Positions 54,519-64,000 of a stretch of 64,000 nt of DNA are shown one piece after another (within the stretch, counting starts at the first letter, position 1; every line of letters begins with the position of its first letter). Source of the stretch: Felis catus (taxonomy: Eukaryota); assembly GCF_018350175.1 (NCBI RefSeq), contig NC_058368.1, positions 219,420,001 through 219,484,000 on the forward strand. The letters are read 5' to 3'. A program made the translations under genes and the position numbers. The notes below the pieces were generated by a model that saw only the letters and a list, made by a program, of their open reading frames with translations, was not told where the DNA came from and made no database searches.

Positions 54519-55531
54519 AACCCTCTATCATTTAGAATTTTTAAAATTAGTGTGTACATCCTCAATTACCCTGGGATCAGACACTATAGTTTCATGATCC
54601 TTATTTTTTCTGTTCCAAAGTTAAGTTGTCTAAATTCTATACCATATAATCGGGAGGAAGTGTGACTACCATTGAAAGGGTGCAAGCTAGAATTAATTTC
54701 TTGGAAGTAAAATATATTTTTCTATTTCTCTAAGGTTTTAGAAAGTGAATGTATTGCACATTGTATTATGCCACATCGCATTATTCGAACATGCCTTGTA
54801 TCTATACTTGTTTACATTTTCCTACTTCGTAAATTTCCATTGCTGTGATATGGCCTCTCCTTAGAACTCACAGTTTGTTCTATGAGTAGTGACTAATTAT
54901 TTTGTTAATACTGTCAGATCCACCGTGTCTGTATTATAGCCACTTAATAATATCAACCACACAATAGAACCAGAAAATACCCTATCACAATTATAAGAAT
55001 ATGTTCCTTAGCTGTGTGATCTGACTTCAGCCATACTCTTCTAGAATGCATAGTTTCACGTCCAAGAGACCATCTGTTAGTTTTGGTGTTTAGGTATCCC
55101 TACAAATGAATAATTCCTCAGGTTTTAAGTTACATTTGTAATTTTTCTATTCATAAGCAAATGATTCACTCAACAAACATCTACTTAATGAGTAGTTGAG
55201 TCAAGGTGTTTTCAGTGGGGATGTGAGAGCAATAGACTCCCAGTTCAAAAAGGCCTTTCTGTAAATTCTTTCTATTCAAAAAATAGCCTGAACCTTTCAT
55301 ATGTATTATGTATGGTATCTTCGTAAGGGACTGATTCTTTAATTACCAATAAATTATGTGCCCCCAAATTAGTATATGTAAAGCCTGAAACAATCGCCAG
55401 AATGTACTGTGTTGCAACCCTGTCCGGATTCCTGCTTACTGAGAATGTCTTCACAAGCTGCCTCAAATACTTCCAAGGACTTCCTTGAATTTTTATGCTA
55501 AATGAAAGCTGTATTTCATTTTATTTTTCAG

Positions 55532-55617
55532 TGAAGAGGATGCTTGCAAGCCAAAGAATACAGCAGAGAGTACAATGAAAACAATGAACAAAATTTTGAA
55601 AACTACTATATAGGAAA
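55532..55617 (+). other. CSRNP3: Putative 5' UTR exon 3 (86 nt)
   Basis: Strong acceptor TTTCATTTTATTTTTCAG| and donor AAA|GTAAGA. Purine-rich body. Size close to the recalled human CSRNP3 exon 3. Confidence 0.55.
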
Positions 55618-56564
55618 GTAAGAGGATACATAGAAAATAAAGATGATTTAATCTCTTTTTTTGCTAGGAAGGCTATAAAAGTGAATCATACTACTGTAAA
55701 AATGAGTCTTATCAACCACCTAGTTATTTACACTTGCTCATAGATATATTTACAGCAGAGAATACAAATGCATTGTTTTTCCTGAGTTTTTATTTTTAAG
55801 GTGATTTTACTCACCACAGCTATAGTCAAAATATGAAATAATGAACAGTTCAATGCTATACGCCTCTTTCCACACATTCTCTAGAGCTGATGGGCACCTC
55901 AATTATTCATTTGCAATTTTAAGAACCAAATACCTCCAGTTTAGATAGAATGAACATAATGGAAAAATTACATTATACTCTTTACATTTTTTTCTGTATG
56001 CAAGTGCTCTAGGATTATCTTAGATGATGACAATGATATCCAGTCAGTTCTTGCAGCCTGTCTCAAGAATAGTAGATGTGACCTACATCTCTAAGGGGTG
56101 TCTTCTCATGTCTACAAATAAGGTACTGCACGATCCTGATTCAATCACCCTTTTAGAAAGACTCAAAAATATAATGTAATGTTCCATCAGAAGTTGTCAT
56201 AACCATATACATTTTTGATGACTAAGAAACTACCCTACATTTCCAAAGTTCAATTAGTGTCCTACCGATTTCACTATATTGATTAAAAGGAATCACACCA
56301 ATAAATTTAAACAAATGAAAAAAAAAATAACTTCTTAAACTACCATAAGAAACGTGTACAAGTTTGAGGGCCGTATATTTTCTTCAATGACTTCTGAATT
56401 TTTAAAAACCATTGTATTTGTGAACCTTGATTTTTCTTCCAATATTGCAGAACAATAACAAAGAAGTATTTAAAATGTATACCATTAACACATTTATAAT
56501 TATTGTGGTTTATCAGTTGCATAAGCACTGTCATTTTATGTCAATAAGAGAATAAATCTCTTTT

Positions 56565-56597
56565 TAAATTTTTTTATGGATTTTTTAAATGTTTATT

Positions 56598-56632
<35 letters not shown>

Positions 56633-56792
56633 GGGCAAGGGAAAGGCAGAGAGAGAGGGAGACACAGAATCCAAAGTGGGCTCCAGGCTCTGAGCTGTTG
56701 GCCCAGGGCCTGATGCGGGGCTCAAAGTCACAAGCAGTGAGATCATGACCTGAACCTTAGGACACTAAACTAACATGCCATCCAGGCACCCC
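56565..56792 (-). mobile_element. Can-SINE
   Basis: Reverse-complement SINE with (GA)n. Confidence 0.93.
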
Positions 56793-57142
56793 TAAACTTC
56801 TTTTAATTGAACTGTGTCATTAACTGAAAGATGTTTTCTACATTCAAAGGTGGTACAATGTGAAAAAAAAATTCATCTTTGAATTGATGAGTTAAGGTCA
56901 GAGGAAATGGGGCATATAGAAAACAAATTATGCCTTTTGAAAGATTTTCTTTTTGTGGTACCTTACTGCAATTGGAACCGTATAAAATATGACATTTATT
57001 GTGGTTCAGGAAACTATTCTTACTTCCAGTGGGCCTTTGGTCACTCTGTCCCTTTACTACATACATTTGCATGATCATAAGCATCTGATACTTTTTTCTA
57101 GAAAATGTGATCCTTTTTAAAAATTGATTTGTTTGAATATAA

Positions 57143-57658
57143 TATTAGTTATATATTAGCATGAAACAGATTGTCAGAAAATTTGGCTGCTTAAAACAAA
57201 ATGCTTGTATTATATTACAGTGGTGGTGGGTCATGAATCCGGGCATGACTTAGCTAGATCCACTGCTTTAGGATCCTTCACAGGCTACAAAGATGCCACG
57301 AGAGGGACTGAATAGATGGTTGTTGGCAGAATTCAGTTCCTCACAGGTTGTGGGACAGAGGGCCTCAGTCCTTTGATGGCTCTTGGCCATGGGCCAGGCT
57401 CAGTTCCTCGTCACATCATTCTCTCCAACATGGCAGCTTTCTTGTGAACATGTAAATAGAGAAAGCAATGGAGAGAGTCTGCTAGCAAGATGTAAGCCAC
57501 AGTCTTTGGAATTAATATCTCTTCACCTTTCCTGTATCCTCTTGGTTAGAAGCAAGTGTCTAGGCCAGCTTGACATTCAAGAGAAAGGGATTACACATGA
57601 TTGTGAATGCCAGGAGGAAGGAATCACTGGGGACCATCTTAGACGTTTGCCTACCACA
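57143..57658 (-). mobile_element. MLT1-like MaLR LTR
   Basis: tattagtt...gcttaaaacaa...ggcagaattcagttcctc...gaccatcttagacgtttgcctaccaca. Confidence 0.75.
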
Positions 57659-59075
57659 ATTAATGAAAATCTATGCTGAGAAATAGGAGACAGGAATTTT
57701 TAAATGTTTCTAGTGATTCTGTTTTATACTTTCTTCCATAACTATGTTTATTGCTGTTTTACACGGTATGAACAGTCTATTGTTAGAAAATCAGATAATA
57801 AAGAGGAAAGAAAGAGACTCTTCTAAAATCTTAGTCACTTACTAGCTATGTTGCCTGAGACATGTTATTCTTCAGACTTGTGTGATTTATCAATTAAGTG
57901 CGATTAATACTTTATATGATCTAGTTGTGGGTATCCTGTCAAGGAAAAATAATAGCTTACTTTTCAATAATTTATTGAGTGACTATATATACAAGGATCC
58001 ATGTTAGGTCCTAGGGATTAAAAACAAAGTAGTTTGTCTGTTCCCAGAACAGTAAATAATCTGAAATGAGAAACAGTATTTAAACTATATAGAAACATGT
58101 CTGGCCCATAATAGTCACTCAGCCAATGCTGGCCCTTCAGAGGCTTTTTGTTCTTTTTAAATTTTCTCCTAATAAATGTTGGTTGTTGATCCTTCCGTGA
58201 GGGCAAAGGGGACAATTGCTAGAGTCTCAGGAAATCAGTTAAAGAGACAGCATCCCTATTTTCTTCAGTACACTTATCCGTTTACATTTCTACACCTCTT
58301 TATCATTTCCCACCTTTCTTCCCTACCCTAAATGCACAGAAGCCCAGGCTCTTACAATCTTCTTGAGTATTTGGATTGAAGAAAATAAAATTAAGGATGA
58401 GAAAATTGCCAGGAAGTATTTATTGATGCTAGTATGAAGATTTTACCAGAAATAAATTAAATCAATATATAATGTCTATATTCAGGGATCATAATTCCAG
58501 TTGGTAGAGCTATTTAACATTGCCATTCAGAGAAAAAGTAATGTTTTATTCATAAGTTTTTTTTGAAATAGAGGCCAAACATTCATATTTATAATATGAA
58601 AAAAATATTAATATTTAAATATCTACCTCTAAATTTAATCAACTGCAATTAGAATAGCGGAAGTAAAAATACAGATGACCCTAGTCAGTGCAATTTTTAA
58701 ATGGACTATTTTTAAAATGGCTTGTATATTGAAATTAAGATTAAAGAATTCAATTTCTATTTAAGAAGTTATTTAAGATGATGTTATTTTCTATAGCCCT
58801 ACACAGGCATCTTAAGTATTTTTGCCTTATTTTTCCCATTTATATAATTAGAAATCTAATTCACAGCTTTTTAAGAATTAACAGCATTTGTGAAAGTACC
58901 TTGCTCAGTGGTTGAAATGTAATAAATGGTCATATATGAAATTTGATTTCCCAGGACTATCTCCAGATAAAATTAGATCCTACAAAGAAAGATCAGCTAG
59001 CTAAAAATGTCCAGTGTATGTGTATCAATATGGAATATTTCTGATTCCAAGACCCCCTTAAAATATGCTAATGAA

Positions 59076-59180
59076 TTTTTTTAGTGTTTATTTTTGAGAG
59101 AGAGAGCAAGCAGGGGAGGAGCAGAGAGAGAAGGGGACAGAGGATCCAAAGCGGGCTCTGTATGAGTCACCCAGGCACCC
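59076..59180 (-). mobile_element. Internally deleted Can-SINE
   Basis: Tail and head are joined; the central B-box region is missing. Confidence 0.85.
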
Positions 59181-61868
59181 TGATGCTGAGAACTTTTAAT
59201 GGGTTCACTTCCCTGCTCTTCTGCTCCACACCACTGTCTTCCATTATAGTACCTACCGAATGTTACGGCCTGAATTCTGGACTGGTAGGGGAAGAGATGA
59301 ACAGATGTCTGACAGCTAGTGGTGTGATTAGTAATTCTGATGGGTGCCTGATCATGGAGGCAAAGCCAGATGACCAGGGGAATTAGGAGATGGTCAGCAG
59401 TGGTGAGGATGGCTGAAGCCAGGCTGAGAAATGTGTGTATGGGGAAGAATCTAGTAGGGGAGATCAGAAAGCAGAACATTGTAGGGTTGCTCTCATAGTC
59501 TTGTGGTGGCAGTGTCTGATCTGGGATACCTGTTGGTCTCTGTTGCAAAATACCTAGTCCTTAGAAACTACACGGTAATTATTTGAGGGATGATCATTTT
59601 GGTAGATAACCCCAGAGTTGTTCTGGCCTCTGATGTAGTATGGTTGCCTTATGATTGTCTGGTAGGATCCTATCATAATCTTGTGGCTGAAATCTGTGGT
59701 CTCACTTCCTTGTCTTTTCTTAATCTCCCTTTTAATGTTTGTTCTGGTTCACGAATTACTTCCTCAGAACATGCTCGATTGTATAGGGTTCTGTCAGGCT
59801 GCCTTCCCACTCACCCACCCAGGCACATTCATCAGCCATTTCTATCTACCACCCAGTCTGTGCCTCTAACTCTTCCTCCCCAGTCCTCAGCCACACCTTA
59901 AGGGTGTAGACTAGAGGCCTAGAAGAGGAAGAAATTATCAGGAGTCAGGAGCCTAATGTCTTTGACCACTTGCCATTCTGTTTGTTTTCCTGAGAGTGCT
60001 TCTTCAGAATTCGAAGTGATTTCCTCCTTTCCAGTGGAGTGAGAATTCTGCATTTTATCCTTAGTTCTCTCCATTCTGAGGTAAAGCTTTACAAGTTCAA
60101 CAATTACTGACTTTCAAGGCATTTATTCTACAGATATACTAAAGAAAATACAGTTGGAAACTCAGTGCTAAAGAACACAACTTTATTCTATCCAAACCTT
60201 GGAGCCTAACACCCAAAACTTCCAGCACAAAGAACGGTGTTAAAGTAATTGGGGGTAGCATTTAGCAACATGTGTCATGAGGTATTCTTTAAATGCACAA
60301 ACCTCAATAACTTTTAAAAAGCTGCATATTCAGTTTATATTGTTAATATCTCTTTTTTCCTTTTGAACATTAGGCTTGTTTAAAAGAGTGTTGTACTTTA
60401 AATCCTGATTGTATTTTATAGCATCTGGTTTATACTAAGTGTTAAATAGCTGTTCATTGAATGAATTGATCAAGTGATGAGATAACAAAGATTTTAAATG
60501 TTTTTCACAAATACTGAGACCATGTGATGTGCACAAATACATTCTATTTTGAAATCTTTTGCTAAAATATTCAGATCATAAGTAAATGAAGCCATTAAAG
60601 AACAACATATTGTGTTTACAGGTAGTAAGAAAAGTCAAGAAAGATGGCTCATTATGCTAACAGAATCCATTACTATTCTGTATCTTTTCTCATTACCACT
60701 GGTTTAAAATGGGATGATTTGCAATCTGTTTATTTGTAAGAATATGTCTATGTTATTAAAAAATACAAAATATTGTGTCACATACACTGTTTAGTGTACT
60801 TCCTCCTAATACTAACATTTCTTGACAAGGATATTTCAGTAGCAAACTGAAGAATCCAAACATTGTCAGGGAGCTAAAATAGCCAGGTTGATATTATCAA
60901 ATAAAAACAAAATAAACCAAAAGAAGGCTTGTTTTAAATATAAAATCACCTTTACAATATTGAGTTGATAATTTTTTATCACAAGATAATCTTAATATTT
61001 AGGTCAGGCTGAGATATACTGTTTAAAGTATTAATAAAACACTGTTATGAAAATCATCATAGAGTATTTGCTTTTGCTTCAATATTAACAAAACTTCCAT
61101 TTGTATGATCTCAGATGAAAAATTCTCCTAGCTCTGTGAATGATTCATAATTCAATTCCTTTCAAGAAATTATTAATTTTATTTTTTTGGATATCATTTG
61201 GAAAGGTATAACTAATAGGCACCCCTAGAGAGCAAGATGTAAAATACAATATATGGAATTCTAACTCATAGCTCTTGAACTTCTCTGGGATTCACAAGAA
61301 AGTTTTAGAAAGCTAGCATGTGAATCATAAAAATATTATTCCTCATTTGTAATTTATGTTAGAAATTTGCACGTGAATAATGTGGGAACGGTAGAAGTCT
61401 GGTGGTATCTTTCATAACTTTCGTTCTTATTTATAATGCAACTCTGTCGAGTTTGTTTCCCTAGTTGCCTTTCCCTAAAATGTGCCCTTCCCTATTTTTG
61501 TCCTGTTCCATCAAATACTTGTAAATCTAAATCCCTCTGAGCATAACTTCGCACCTTTGCATCTGTCTCCAAGGGAAAATGTAATCTTCCTTCCGTCATC
61601 TAATTAGCAGTGGGAGTCTCTGTGCTGTAGGCTCCATCATAGACACAAGTGTGATGTGCCAGTGTGCTGACATCGATAAACACTTTATTAAATTACACAC
61701 TCCTCTAAGCAGGCACAGGCTTTCAGAGCCCTAATATTTTATGCACTATTGCACTGGCTCCCTGTTTTCTGAAACTGTGAGTATAAGGCCAAGCTAGGGT
61801 TATAAAGTCTTGGTGAGATTATGTAGATTTAAAAAATATACATGGCACACTCTTATGTGTTAGGTTTA

Positions 61869-62087
61869 ATGTTTATTTATTTTTGAGAGAGAGAAACAGA
61901 GCATAAATGGGTGAGGGACAGAGAGAGCAGGAGACTCAGAACACAAAGCAAGGTACAGGCTCCAAAGTGTCAGCAGAGAGCCGGATGTGGAACTCGAACT
62001 CACGAACCGTGAGATCATGACCTGAGCTGAAGGTCATGACCTGAGCTGAAGTCGGATGCTTAACTGACTGAGCCACTCAGGCACCCC
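61869..62087 (-). mobile_element. Can-SINE with internal tandem duplication
   Basis: TCATGACCTGAGCTGAAG at 62015-62032 and 62034-62051; TSD GTGTTAGGTTTA. Confidence 0.95.
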
Positions 62088-62431
62088 TCAGGTGTTAGGT
62101 TTAGTCTATTTTAACAACTGATAACTAGCTAGAATTAAAGAATAACAGGAAGAAAGATGGGGCATATAATTTAGTGCCTCTTTTTCTTTGGACCACCGAT
62201 GTCTCAGGAGAATAAAGGAGCCACTGATCTGAATAAAATTTCAAAATGATAAACCTTTCCTGGAATACGCCATCTTTAGATTTATAAATAGTATGTCGTA
62301 GTTAGTTTTCTGGATAATTTATAAAAGTATACATTCTTAATGCTTTTAAAATTATTAAAATGTTTAATATATGATAAAGGTAAGTACAATGAAGCTAAAT
62401 ATCCTTTTTGAAAAATGAAATTTATCCTATT

Positions 62432-63145
62432 TAATAACCATCCTGACAGGTGCGAGGTGAAATCTCATTGTGGTTTTGATTTACATTTCCCTGATGATTA
62501 GTGATGTTGAGCATCTTTTCATTACCTATTAGCCATCTGTACGAAGGTCTAATTTACATATAGTAAACTGATCCTTTTTAGTGTAAAATTCTATGAATTT
62601 TGACAAATGTATACAGTCGTGTAAGTACCACCACAGAAAAGATAGAGAACATTTCCATCTCCCCAAAATGTTCCCTCATGTCACTTTGTGGTGATTAAGT
62701 CCCTGCAACCACTAATCTTTTGTGTTTTGAGTCTCGATACTTCTCTTTTTTCAAGAATGAAAACTTGAAAATATGACAAAAATGTCATATACATGGTTAC
62801 GCACTATATATGATTTTAAGTCCACTCAGCATAATGCATTGGAAATTAATCCGTGTTGCTATATCAATAGTTCCTACTTTCCTAATGACAAGGAGCATGT
62901 CAGTGTATGGTTGCACCAAAACGTCTTTGTCCATCTCGCATTTGAGGACATTCAAGCTGTTTCCAGATTTTGATGATAAAGAATAATGAATAATCATTAT
63001 TTAATCATTTACATATACTGTAGTTTCATGTGAACAAGTATGTTTATTTCTCCTGAACAAATACCTAGAATGAGAATGTTAGATCAAATGATGAGTGCAT
63101 GTGTAACATTTTAAGAAACCTCGTTTTTTTCTCTAAAGTGGCTAT
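62432..63145 (-). mobile_element. LINE1 fragments (younger ORF2 piece 62432-62540, older L1M 3' region after it)
   Basis: catcctgacaggtgcgaggtga..tctcattgtggttttgattt; tatgaattttgacaaatgtatac; aaatacctagaatgagaatgttagatc. Confidence 0.8.
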
Positions 63146-63349
63146 AGGCAGTCCCAGCCCCCAGCACAGGGTTCAGTAAGTGAATTATTGAATGAATGAA
63201 TCTTTCCACAATGGTAAGGAGCCCGCAAGAAAGAGTGTTAGTGTAGAATTTGTATGTGGGCTCATCACACCCCACAGCTGTAATCTTGTCACTGGCACTG
63301 CTTGGGGTATCTGAACTCTCCAGTGAAGTCCCTCTTTAAAGGTGGCATT

Positions 63350-64000
63350 GGGGAAAGACTGGAAGGTGGCGGTGTAGGAGGACTCTGGGCTCACCTCGTC
63401 CTGCTGATCGCTTAGATTCCACCCACATCTGCCTAAATCACCCAGAAAACTGCCAGAAGACTAGCAGAACGGACTCTCTGGAGCCAAGTGTAGACAAGAG
63501 GCCCATGGAAGAGGGTAAGAAGGGCGGAGAGGCTGTGCGCGCTACATAGACTGGCGGGAGGCAGCCAGGGCAGTGGAGGGGCAGCCTGCTGGGCAAGGCA
63601 GAGGCCCCGAGTCTGGCTTGCAAAAACGGAGGGGCAGGACTACGTGAGTTCTGACAGCCAGCAGGACTCAACATCTGGAATGTTATAAGTCAGCAGCTCT
63701 GCTCTCAGAGAGTGGGAGGGTGAGAGGACACTGGGAGGGAGAGGTATTGAGCCCAGGAGGACCGAGCTCAGGTCAGTGGGGAACAAAGGTGCTGGGAAGC
63801 ACCATCTCCCTCCCCCATCCCCCAGCCAAAATCCCAGAGGGAACCAGTTCCCGTCACCGAACTTGTTGCAAACATCCAACACCGTGCTTCTGTGGATCCA
63901 TCCTTCCAACCGGTCTGCCTCCCTCCCAGTGCTGCAGGGCCCCTTCCCCAGGGAACACTGATGGCAAAGCAAGCAAAGCCTGTCCCTCCCGCCCCTGTGC
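63350..64000 (+). mobile_element. 5' UTR of a felid LINE1, running off the window end
   Basis: GC-rich ggaaggtggcggtgtaggaggac..ctgggctcacc..gtcctgctgatc..cttagattccacc matches the recalled cat L1 5' UTR; preceded by a TT|AAAG endonuclease-type site. Confidence 0.85.

Noticed and set aside
59081..59548. Longest ORF (155 aa, minus strand)
   Set aside because: Non-ATG start, ends in SINE sequence, no domain or splice support.
396..63972. All ORFs in the supplied track as protein-coding genes
   Set aside because: Short (155 aa or less), often with non-ATG starts, low-complexity or translated from SINE, LTR, L1 UTR or microsatellite sequence; none resembles a protein I recognise.
1..64000. CRISPR array, operon or other novel multi-gene system
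   Set aside because: The sequence is mammalian intronic/intergenic; the recurring motifs are dispersed SINE copies with target-site duplications.

Overview
AT-rich mammalian genomic DNA, almost certainly felid (about 28 tRNA-derived Can-SINE copies with cat-type diagnostic sequence, plus a felid-type L1 5' UTR). No protein-coding exon is supported, and the ORF track is repeat-derived or chance. The main non-repeat structure is the 5' end of a large + strand gene: a CpG-enriched CCAAT/GC-box promoter at ~13.6-14.1 kb, a non-coding first exon ending at 14223, and two more putative 5' UTR exons at 38232/38239-38407 and 55532-55617. From memory of the human mRNA and exon layout this resembles CSRNP3, whose start codon would lie beyond the window; that identification is unverified. 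The rest is intronic or upstream sequence with SINEs, L1/L2/MIR, MaLR/ERV LTR relics, MER DNA transposons and microsatellites. I see no convincing novel multi-gene system. The best leads are regulatory: a 37-codon uORF formed only by splicing exon 2 to exon 3, two candidate microexons, a possible upstream alternative first exon, and nested, inverted or very young SINEs.
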